Shown: one piece after another, positions 24,422 through 35,700 of the stretch
How the letters are laid out: the number at the start of each line of letters is the position of its first letter
Numbering within the stretch: the stretch's first letter is position 1
NCBI GenBank assembly: GCA_051744825.1
Contig: JBNJDL010000002.1
Coordinates: forward strand, 1 to 50,527
Reading direction: 5' to 3'
Source of the DNA: Bacillota bacterium
GTDB lineage: Bacteria > Bacillota > Halanaerobiia > Halanaerobiales > DATFIM01
DNA: 50,527 nucleotides
The notes under the pieces: generated by a model
Seen by the model: the letters and a program-made list of their open reading frames with translations, nothing else
Told to the model about the DNA's origin: nothing
Database searches by the model: none
Program-made: the position numbers and the translations under genes

Positions 24422-26755
24422 ATGGCTAGCAAAAAAACAATCAAAAGAATATCTCGTGAAAAAAATGTAGATATGGGAGTGGCTGAAGCTATGGCTAAAG
24501 CTGACGAAAGAAACAACAATAATAGATATGGCTCTAGAGATGATTCTTCATCTAGAAATAATTCATCAAGTCGTTCATCAAGAGATTCATCAAGACGTTC
24601 ATCAAGAGGTTCATCAAGAGGTTCATCAAGTCGTTCATCAAGAGGTTCATCAAGAAATTCATCATCAAACCGTTCATCAAACCGTTCATCAAGAAATTCA
24701 TCATCAAACCGTTCATCAAACAGTTCATCATCAAATCGGTCTTCATCTAGAAATAATTCTTCTAGTTATGATAGAAAAGACCCTGTATCAGTAGCTAAAC
24801 AACAAATAAAAAATGCTAAAAAAGTTTGGGAAAAAGCTGATGCTGATTATAAATCGGGTAGAATAAGTGAAAAAGAAGCTAAATGGCGAAAAGATAGAGC
24901 TCATAAATCAGCAGAAGAAGCACGTGGGTATTTAGGCGAAAGTGATGCTGATTATACTTTAGTTGATGGTCACAATGATAAAATAGTTACTAATAAAAAT
25001 GATTACGATGATAAAAATACAGGTGAATATGATGTAGAAAAAAGAGAGAAAGGTACTAATGATAAAGTAAGTTATGACTATCGTGGTGAAGATGACGAAG
25101 GTGGAATAGAAGAAATATATAAAAAAGTTGCTGATGTAGATAAAAAACCTGAAAATGTAGTTGATTCAGAAACTGATTTACTAGAAGGTTATAATATGGA
25201 AAATAAATCTAAAGGTAAGTCTGAAGATATAATAAATTCAGAAACTGACTTACTTAAAGGTTATAAAGTTGCTGGTAATAAAAATGTAAAAAATACAGAA
25301 GATATGGAATCTGAAAGAATTTCAGGCGATGAAGATAAAGCATCAGAAGGCGAAAATGATTTTATGTCAAGAGCTAATGAATCATATCAACAAAAAGATA
25401 CTCGTGGCATGAATGATTATGATAAACAAACAATTCAAGAAGCAGGTCAACGATGGGAAAAAGCCGATGCCGATTATAAGGCGGGGAAAATCAGCAAAGA
25501 AGAAGCAAATAAAATAAAAGAAGAAGCTCATTCAGAAGCAGAAGAAATAAGAAATAGATTAGGATTTAGTGGTGGTGAAGATGGTACTCAAACTCAAAGT
25601 ATAGAAGTTGCAGGTGAAGGAGTTTATGAAGGTACTGCTAAAATGAATCCTGAAACTGGTCAAATGGAATTTGAAGGTGAAAACTCACCAATAATAAACG
25701 AATTATTAAATGAATTAGAACAATCTAAATCAGAACAAGAATTTTATCAAGATGCAATCAAAAAAATATCTGAACAAGATTCAGGTTTCAACGAAGAAGA
25801 TGTATTAACTTATGAAGAAGCAGTAGAGCAAGCTGAAAATCAAGTGAATCCAATGTATGAAAAAGGTAGAGAAGAATACATGGAAAAAATGGATAAAGAT
25901 GCTGTAAAACGTGGAGTATTTGGTCAAATACCACAAGAAGCATTGAAAAGACACAAAGCAAGCGAATTAGAAGCACAAAAAGCTAGTGATGTCGCTTCAT
26001 TAGCAACAGAATTAAGAGGTCAATCTTTACAAGAAGCTAGAACAACTGCTCAAATGAAACAGCAAGAAATGAATCAAAAGTTAAATGTTTTAATGTCAGG
26101 TTTACAAGCTAGTGGTAATTCTTCTAAAATGGCTATAAATACATTAAATACAGTAGCTAATATTCAATCTCAACGTGAACAATTAAACATGCAAAAAGAT
26201 TCCCAAGAATTCCAACAAGGAATGGCTGAAGAAGAAATGAATATGGCTAAAGACAACCAAGACTTCAATCAAAAAATGGCTTTATCACAGTTGAATTTAG
26301 AAAAAGAAAAGTTTGCTCAAGATAAAGTTTACAATAATCAGAAAATTGCACAAACATGGGAAAGAATTAAAAACAGCAAGTTAGGTTTAAGACAAGCACA
26401 ACAAAGATTGGGTTTAAACGAAAGAGAAATGGATTTAACTGAAGACCAATTTAAACTAGGTTTATCTGATAAAGCGTGGGAAATGACTAATAAACAAATA
26501 GCCGAATCAGATGATAGTATAAAATTTGATGCTAATTATTACGAAGGGTTAAAAGAAAAAGATACAGATTACAATGAAAGAGAAGGTTTAATGAAGGGCG
26601 ATGATGGTTATATGAATCAAGCTTCTGATTATTTAGAAGAAATTAAAAATCAATCTACTGAAGAATATAGTGAAAGTGAAATCCAAGATATGTATGAAAA
26701 CAATTTGAATATTTTAAATAGCCAGTTAAATCCTTTAGGTGAGTACCAAGATTAG
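24422..26755 (+). CDS. 777-aa protein with an RS-repeat N-terminus and a Q/N-rich coiled-coil C-terminus (internal/ejection-protein candidate)
   Basis: AGGAGG RBS. Has an S/R/N-only tract, a duplicated WEKADADYK[SA]G[RK]IS motif and a long Q-rich helical region. Immediately precedes the giant ORF. Confidence 0.7.
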   Translation: MASKKTIKRISREKNVDMGVAEAMAKADERNNNNRYGSRDDSSSRNNSSSRSSRDSSRRSSRGSSRGSSSRSSRGSSRNSSSNRSSNRSSRNSSSNRSSNSSSSNRSSSRNNSSSYDRKDPVSVAKQQIKNAKKVWEKADADYKSGRISEKEAKWRKDRAHKSAEEARGYLGESDADYTLVDGHNDKIVTNKNDYDDKNTGEYDVEKREKGTNDKVSYDYRGEDDEGGIEEIYKKVADVDKKPENVVDSETDLLEGYNMENKSKGKSEDIINSETDLLKGYKVAGNKNVKNTEDMESERISGDEDKASEGENDFMSRANESYQQKDTRGMNDYDKQTIQEAGQRWEKADADYKAGKISKEEANKIKEEAHSEAEEIRNRLGFSGGEDGTQTQSIEVAGEGVYEGTAKMNPETGQMEFEGENSPIINELLNELEQSKSEQEFYQDAIKKISEQDSGFNEEDVLTYEEAVEQAENQVNPMYEKGREEYMEKMDKDAVKRGVFGQIPQEALKRHKASELEAQKASDVASLATELRGQSLQEARTTAQMKQQEMNQKLNVLMSGLQASGNSSKMAINTLNTVANIQSQREQLNMQKDSQEFQQGMAEEEMNMAKDNQDFNQKMALSQLNLEKEKFAQDKVYNNQKIAQTWERIKNSKLGLRQAQQRLGLNEREMDLTEDQFKLGLSDKAWEMTNKQIAESDDSIKFDANYYEGLKEKDTDYNEREGLMKGDDGYMNQASDYLEEIKNQSTEEYSESEIQDMYENNLNILNSQLNPLGEYQD
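24540..24775 (+). repeat. degenerate tandem repeat (tcatcaaga/ggt-type units) encoding a Ser/Arg/Asn tract
   Basis: Repeated tcatcaagaggt / tcatcaagtcgt / tcatcaaaccgt units. Encodes SSSRNNSSSRSSRDSSRRSSRGSSRGSSSRSSRGSSRNSSSNRSSNRSSRNSSSNRSSNSSSSNRSSSRNNSSS. Confidence 0.9.
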
Positions 26756-26772
26756 GAAAGGGTGTATAACGA

Positions 26773-29700
26773 ATGAAATTTGAAAACTACACTTACAACA
26801 AAACAAAAGATGAAGATGATAAAAACAAAAAATTTAAATATGATAAGAGTAGAGCAAGTAAGTTGTATAACGATATTAGTGTTGACAATGTAAAATTTGA
26901 TAATTTAACATTCAAAGACCAAAAAACAGTTTTGCAATTTTCTGTAGACCAAGGTTTAGATGACTACAATGATTATAAAACTGATGTAATAAAAGATTAT
27001 GGCATTAAAAAGCCGTCTACTAGAACAAACACTACATTTACAGATGAAGGCAAAGTAGATTATGAAACTGAAAGCGTTGAATCAGAAGATAATTCAGGAG
27101 CTTTTTTTGGTAATGAAGTAAGCTATAATAATACACCTGAAGAAAATGCTAGATTGCAATCAGGTGATAAATTAAGAGATGATTTATTTAATTCAGCTAT
27201 TGAAGGTAAAACTAATCAGGGGAAGTTCTATGATTCTAATGATTCCCCTGCATCAAAGCTGAATTTAGATTCTTTATCATCAAAAGAATTATTTAATAAA
27301 GGTATTTATAGCGAAGGTGTAAAGAAAGAACAAGAAGAAATAAAGAATAAAAATCAATCTTTAGTTAAGACTCCTTATGGTGAAAAAACTTATGAAGAAT
27401 TCATGAAAGAAGTTGAAGAAAAGAATGATGTAGCAACTAAATTTAATCAAAAAAGATTAATGAAAAAACCAGTTGAATTAAAAAAATCACAGGTTAATTC
27501 TGAAAATTCAAATGAACCAGCACCTGAACCATTTGATTATATGACAAAAAAAGATTATGCTAACACTTATAAAGGTTTAGACATTGCGTTTAAACCTATT
27601 ATCCCTGCACAAATCCAAGTTTTGGATTCAAGCGGTAAATTGGATAAAGAAGCAACAAAAAAAGCTAGAGAGAGATTTGAAAATGGTGATTCAGTTAAGA
27701 AAACAGTCGGTGGAAGACATATGCATTATAATAAAGATGGTTCTATAGATACAGAAAGAATGAAAGAATCATATAAGACTGAAATGAATTACAAGAAAAA
27801 TGAGTCGCCAGTTGATGTAGATGAGTTATTAGATAAAAGCAGAGATGATTTCATAAATGAAGATAATTCTTTTAGTTTTGGTGCGTTAAAAGAAGATGTA
27901 ATAAGAAAAAGGATTTATAATAAAAGAAGTGAAATTTTAGGTCAAATGGCAGTTAAAGGTTCTAATGATGAATTAAAAAAAGATTTAGCTAAAATTGATT
28001 TGTTTATTGAAAACAATCCTGAAATGCAAGATTCTGAAAAAACTAAAGAATTTAGAAAAGAACATAAAATTTTAGGGTTCTTAGACAAAGGCATATCAGG
28101 AGTAACTGAACAAATTACACTTTGGACTAATAATTTAGGTGAAAAAGCAATGTTTACTGGATTAGGAGCTTTAACAGGAAATCCTCAAGCTGGTTATATT
28201 GCAGGTTCATCAAAAGATATGTTTATGATTGAAACAGGTAATGCATATGAAGAAGCTAGAAAAGCTGGAGTACCACATGAAATAGCTAGGAAAGAAGCTA
28301 TGAAGGCAGGGGTTATTAATGCTGGTATAGAATCAGGTCAAATGGCTTTATTTTTAGCAACGTCAGGATTGTCTAAAATAGGTTTATCAGGAGCTTCTAA
28401 AGTAGGAGCGGGTACTGTAGATAAATTATTTGGTAAATTTGCTTCTAAAGTAGCAAGTAAAACTGGTAGTCAATTAGCTGGGAAAGTAACTGAAATTGGT
28501 ACTAGATGGGGTGCTGGTGCTGTAGGTGAAATGACACAAGAGGGTTTACAAGCGGTAATGAGTAAGAAATATGTTAATGATTCAGTTAATTTAGCAGTAG
28601 AACGTGGATTTTTATCTAAAAATGAATTAAGAGAATATGATTTTGATGATTATTCAAAAGTATTTTCAGATGAATTTAAAGCTGTTGCACCTACTATGAT
28701 AATGTTAGGTGGTATTGGTGTAGGCACAGGTCAAGTTGTAGAAGCTACTAAAAACCATTTTGAAAAGCAAGATAAAAGAGCAAGACAGTTGTATGTTGCA
28801 AAATCAATGGACGAATTAAAATTTCAATCAAAGAAAATTGCAGAAAATCCTGAACATTTTGTAACTGGTGACAAGAAACAAAAAATAATGAATGATGTTA
28901 ATAATTATATTGAGTTTGCTAAAAAATATAAAGAAGATTTTTCAGAAGTCGCTGAATCCGACTTAGGTTTTGATGCAGATTTTGATGAAGTTTTAGATTT
29001 GTTAAACAACTATAAAAAGTATTTAAATGACTTAGAGCAAAATACAAAAGATACTTTAACTAATTCTATTGATTTTGAATTAGAAGAAGGAACTATAGAA
29101 AAAGCAAAAGAAGAATATTCAAAACTTGAAAAGGTATATAAAAATATTGGAATGTCAGAAGAAGATTTAATTGAAGTTAGAAATAAAATAGAAAATAAAG
29201 AAATTGAAAATGAAAAGTTTGTCAATAATATGGATAGTAAAAATTTAGGGAAAATAAAAACTCAAAGAAATAAAAACAATTTAAATATTGATGAACTTGA
29301 AAAAGAAATAATTTCTATTGATGAAAAAATAGAAAATACTGAATCAAAAAAACAAATTGAAGAATTAGAAGAACAAAAATCTTTAAAAGTATCAGAAATG
29401 GAAAATCTGATTAATGACAATGCTATAATTACACAAGAAATAGAAAACAGAATAGAAAGTAATGAAACAGGTAATACTGAAGAACAAGAAAGTTATCAAT
29501 CTCTATATGAAAAAACTAATGAAAATATTGAAAATAAAAATATTAGAATTGAACAAAACGAAATTGAACAAAACGAAATTGAACAAAATAAAATTGAACC
29601 GTTATCAGCCGAAGAATTAAAAAATAAAACAATACCATCTGATAGAGATTTTGAAAGTTTAGGCAGTAGAAAAATAAAATCTATGCAAAATGAATTTGAA

Positions 29701-32700
29701 GAATTAAAACCTTTCATACAAGAGCAAGCTAGAATTACTCAAGGTGAGTTTCAAGCTGGAGTTAAAGGCAAAAGATATCCTATATTAATGGAAGATAGTA
29801 CTAATAAGGCTGAAATAATAGGTTATGATGGTAATCCTAGAATAGCGTCAAAAACTGTAGATAGAATATTAAACAACACTAATGCAACTTACGCAAAAAT
29901 AAATGATGCTTTTAATAATATAATTGAAGGCAATGATAGAGCTAATTTAGCAACTGCTAAAAGAATAGAAGTTATACTAAATGATATATTAACAGAAGGA
30001 TATGAAACTTTTGAGGGTATTGAAATACCGCCTAACGAAGAATATATTCAAACTAAAAGAAGCTTAGGTTTGTCAGAAAATGATTTTGAAATTGGTGAAA
30101 CAGAAGTAGAATCACAAAATGTTGACCAATCTCAAACTAAATTAGAATCAAGTGAGGTTACTAATGAAAATAATCAAACTGAAAATGTGCAAACTGATGG
30201 AAAACAATCGGAGTTTGAACAAGAAAGCGAAGTTAGTCAACCTGAAAGTGTTCAAATGGAAGAAGTTGAAAAAGCAGTCGAATCTAAATCTCAAGCTAAA
30301 CCTAAGCGAGATGAACAAAAACGAGCAGACATAGGCAAAAGATTTTATCAAAAAATGAATACACCTGTAAATTTAGGCAATAAAATTTCTGAAATAAGAA
30401 ATAGACTTATGGAAAAAGGGGTAAGCGAACAAGAAATTGATTTTATATTAGATAATTATTTTGAAGTTATGCAACAATTACAAGATGCAGGAATGGAAGT
30501 TAATTTTGATTTAGAAATAGTAGAATCTATAAGTGATTTAATAGACCAAGACATTTTAAAAGAACATGGTTTAGAAGAAGCAAACAATATTATGATTGAC
30601 GGAGCTACATTAGTAGATTCTGATATTCATAAAAATTCAATAAAAACATCAATGGAAATTGTTAGTTTGCCTAAAAAACCTATAACTGAAACATTTATCC
30701 ATGAGCTATCAGAGATGTATGCTGAAATTTGGCGACAAAATGCATCTGAAAGTTTTGAATCAATTTCTCAAGAATTGATTGATAATGATTTGGCTACTGA
30801 AGATAACGTTCAAGAGTTTATAGCAGATTTTTTAACTGATAATGCACTTGAAAAGAAAATGGATTTAAATGATGAAAATTCAGCTATCGATTCTGTAGTA
30901 GGCGAATATGTTGCTAAGTTTAAAAATTGGGCTAGTAATATAATAAAAAGATTATCTAATTTAAGAAACACAAAAGAGCGAGTACCTGACTTGTTAAATA
31001 AGCAAGCAGAAATGTTTTCTAATGGGAATTGGAAAGAAGCAATAGAAATGTACCAAAGTGCTGAAAAAACTTATGAGAATTCATATTCTGACGTATTACA
31101 GCAAGAAATGGTTAATGATTTGGTTAGTGGTTCTTTAAATCAAACTAAAATGGTTAACAAGTATGGTATAGGTGAAAATCAAGCACAAATATTACTAGAA
31201 AAAATGAATCAATTAGGAAATGAAGAAGAAATAGTTAGTATATTTGATAAAGAAAAACCTAATTTAAGTGATGTAAAAGAAAAAACTTTAGAACCTAATC
31301 AGATAACAAATGAACAAGCTAAAGTTTTAAAAAGAAGTTTAAAAAGAGCTGAAGAAAAAGGTTATTCATTTAATGGTATTGCTAAAAACAATAAAGGTAC
31401 AGTTTATTATAGTAAAACTTTAAATGATAGTGCAAATAGTCTTGCTAATGGTAAAACTTTGGTAACAATGATTGGGAAATCAGGCAAAGTAGCTTCTGAT
31501 GTTAGTAAAGAAGTATTTGACAGTTTGGAAAAATTAGATACAGTTATGGACGAAGATGCTAACACTATATATGATTCTTCTGATTTTGAAGATTCAAATA
31601 ATAAATCGATTGAACAATCTGATGAAGCTGTATCTGATTATGAGATTGAAGAATATAAAGGAAAACCAGTACCAAAGGCTATAGAAAATATAAATTATAA
31701 ATTCAAGAAAGCCGAAGATTATACTAAAAGTGAATATCAAGAAATGTTTAATGTACCTGATAAAAAAATTGATAAAATGTTTGAAATTTTTCAGATTGTT
31801 GAACAGGAAATGTATTCTTTAACTGAAGATGTAAGAAGTCAAGAAAAATATCAAAAAGAATTATCTGATGGTACTAAAGAGAACATGAAAGATTATGAAC
31901 TAGAAGAAAAATCGTCTGTAGATATTCCTTATGCTGACAACTTACTTGAAGAAAAAAATATTGAATTGAATGATGCTAAAAATGAAATAAGAGCAACTAG
32001 ATTTAATGAAGTTGCAAAAGATATTATTGATACAATGGTGGAATATGAACAAAAAGAACCAATTGAGGTAGCAGATGAAGTAGTAGAAGAATCAAATAAA
32101 GTAGAAATCAACAGAAAAGAAAAATATAAACTAGACGGAAAAATAAAAAAACAATATAGTACTGAAAAAATTGATGGTAAGAGAGTTAGAAGTTATATAA
32201 TTAATGCTACTACTCAAGAAGATATTGATAGAATAGCAGATTATTTTGGTAATGAGAAAAAATATGAAGTTTTAACAGAAGGTATGGATACAGAAGGCGA
32301 TTATGAAAATAGTTTTGTAGAAGTATTCATTTATGATGATGAAAATACTGTAACTCAAGCTAGAGATTTATTCAATAGAGATTACAGAAAGTTAAAACAA
32401 AATGATTTTGAAGAAGTAGAAAATGCTAAAACTGAAAGTACTAATGATAAAAATGATAAACTAGAAACTTATGAAAATCATATTATCCCTGAACCTATTT
32501 TAGGTGCTGGAGTATTCGATAATAAAGATTATCATGAATATACAATTGATGAATATGCTGAAAAATTCAATATTCCTGAAGATAAAAAGGAAGAAGTATA
32601 TAAAATCTATAAAAAAACTGAAAGAAAAATAAATAGCGATTTATATGAAAAAGTTTATAATAAAGATAAATATTATAAAAAATCAAATGGTAAAAGAGTA

Positions 32701-35700
32701 TCACTCACAGATAAAGAATTAAGAGAAATGAAACCTATAGATGTAAAACATGCTACTAGTTTATTTAATGAACGAGAGATAGAAATTAATAATGTTAAGG
32801 AAAATGCTAGAAAGAACGAATGGAATAAAATTGCTAAAGAAGTTATAGATACTACTATAGATACTGAAAAAAATAGAGCAGAACTAGAAAAAGCTTTTGA
32901 TTATGATATTAAAGATGCAGATTTATCAGATGAAGCTTTTAAAAAAAGATATGGTATAACTAAAAAAGAAGCTTTAGATGGTGAATATTACAATGGTGAT
33001 GGTTCTTTAGAAGAAAAATATTTAACAGAAGGCGTTAATAGTCACATTAAAAATCCTTTAAAATTCAAAAAGAATATGGAAGCTGTATATAATAAAATGA
33101 CAGCCAAAAAGAAACTTGCTGATAATCATTTAGTTGTAAAAGCTAAGATAAGTCATTTAGATGAATCTTTAATAGTGGGAACAATAAGGAAAAAAAGCGG
33201 TGTTATTTTAACAACAGAAGAAGAATTTGATAGAAGCACAGAAACTAATATTCAAAATAGAAGTATAAAAGACGCAGTAAACCATAATGTTATGAGAATG
33301 AAGTCTAACTTTAAAGACAAATATATGAAAGACTTGAAAGCGTTAGATTCTTCAATAGAATTTAATACTGGTGGTGGCTTAACGGAACACAATGTAGCAA
33401 ATTTAAACTTTGAATATAATAATGACATGAGCGAAGGTACAATAACTTTAAATTTAGATGAAAAACTTAAAGAAAGCATTTCTGAAAAAGAACAACAAGA
33501 AATGATTGAAGAAGAAATATCTAAATTAGAGAAGCAATTAAATAAAGAAAATTTGGAATATGAATTACAGCCAAGTGAAGAAAGTTTTAAAAGAACTATC
33601 AAATTTGAAATAAAAGAAGATGTTAATAAATACAATGAAGAAATGAAGAAAAAAATTGATGATTTCTTTAGTGGGAAAATGACAGAAGATACTAGATTTT
33701 CAGTATCTGAAAGCTTTGAAAAAAGAAAATTTGATATTGATGAGCAAGGCAATTTATTATTTGTTCATGGAATATATAAAGATAAATTAAAAAAAGCTTT
33801 AGATTTAGGTGCTTTACCAATGCCTTCTTTGGCTATGATTGATGATAAAACTTCATATACTGGATTTGGTGAAATTTCACTTATAGGAAGTAAAGAGTTT
33901 TTCAATCCTAACAGAGCTTCAAATAATTTATTTGATTCTGATGTTTATTCACCAAGATTCCCAAGAACAAAAAGATTTTTATATCAAGAAAAAGCAAGAG
34001 AATGGTTAAATGATTTTATTTCTGAATATAAAAAGTTTGATGTTGAAGAAATTGAAGATTCAAGAGCAAGAAATTATTCAGACCCTGAAAGTTTAGCACA
34101 TGCTTTATATCGTTCACCAGCTATAAAAATAAAATATGCTAGTGAAGTATTAGGCGAAGAATATGATTATTTAACTGACAAAAAAGTTATAGAAACAACT
34201 AAGTATATTTCTAAATTGTTTAATAAGAATTTGAAAGATGATTTTATTCAATTTTTAAAAAATGAAACTATAATTGATGAAAAATATATTGATTTAATAA
34301 AAGAAAAAGGAATTAGAAAAGCGACTAAAGAACTTTCTTCTGAAATTACTGCTGATGGAGCAATTAATTCTAAAAAGAAAATGTTTGAATACTTTAAAGA
34401 AAATGTTGATTCTGAAATAACCTTTGAAGATTTTAAAGAAGAAGTTGGTTTTTATAAATCTGAATCAAAAGATGCTTTCAGTTTGATTTTTAAAGATAAT
34501 TTGTCTGAAATTAATGAAGAATTTTCAAATCATTATATTGATAAACAAATTTTTCCGTCAGGAGAATATTCTTTAACTAAAAAGTATAAAAAATGGTTAT
34601 CGAATAAAATTAAATCGGCAGGATTGTTTAGCGAACCTTATTTCACTGAATGGAATCCTGACCAAATGGAAGAAATAAAATATAAAGTAACACCTGAAAA
34701 CGCACTTAAACTTATGAAAAAGAAAAGTTTACAAGCTGGAGAAGGTAATTTAGTTAGTGGATTTAATGAGTTTAAAAGTGCTTTTGCAAAAAAATTAACA
34801 TCTTTCAAAGAAGCTAGAAAAAGAGCTGAAACAAACTTAGCTGATTTTGAAGAAAAAAAGTATAAAGAATATACAGATTCATTAAATAGCAAAATATTAG
34901 AATTTGTTAAAGATTATGATTTATCTACTGGAGGTTCTTCATTTGTAGATGCAGATGCTTTTATAGATACAGTTATAGAGTATAAAGAAAGCACTTTGCA
35001 CGAAATGCGTAAATATAGTGAAAAGTTAGATGCTAATTTTGAAGAAGCTAGTAAAAGATTTAATGAACTAATAACTTTGGCACAGACATTACCAGTTAAT
35101 TATTTTGAATTAAAACCTAATAGAATTGTAGGCTTTGATGAATTTAATTATGCTGTAGTACCTAATAAATTAGATGCTAATTTAAAAGAAAAATTATCTG
35201 ATTTAGGATATAATTTAATTCAATATGATGGTACTCCAAAAGGTTATAGAAAAGCATTAGCTGAAACAAAAGGTGACCCAAAAGTTAGATTTTCAGTAGA
35301 AAACATCGATGAGTCAGAAACGTTGACAGATGAGTCTTTAAAGGTAATAGAAGAAATTAAAGGTTCAGAAAAAGTTAACGACTATAAAAGAAGTGCTAAA
35401 AAAATAAAACAAAATGCAGATATAATCAGAAAAAACTTCGACCCAGTAGATAGTAGTGAAAGCTTTAGAATTGAAGAACTATTAAATAAAATAGATTACC
35501 ATATTAATTTCACTTTAAATGAAACAAACAATTATATAGATTTTATGGAAGATGGATTTGATGCTTTAGAAAAACATTTTAAAGAATTAAAAGAATATGG
35601 TGTGAATTTAGTAGATGATGGTTGGGTAAGAGTAGGACACCCAGTAAACAAGGCATTAAGACGTGAATATGAAACATTGAAAAGATTAACTAAAAAGCAA

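Noticed and set aside
24528-24794. Track ORFs with HQE/VHQ repeats (24528-24794, +) and LMN repeats (24552-24746, -).
   Set aside because: They are alternative-frame readings of the tandem repeat that encodes the RS tract. They stay open only because of the repeat's periodicity. They have no RBS and are nested in a gene with a strong start context.
30690-30730. A possible zincin metallopeptidase motif in the giant protein (FIHELSEMYAEIW).
   Set aside because: The motif reads H-E-L-S-E, not HExxH. I found no HExxH anywhere in the 5,360 aa, so no peptidase call is made.
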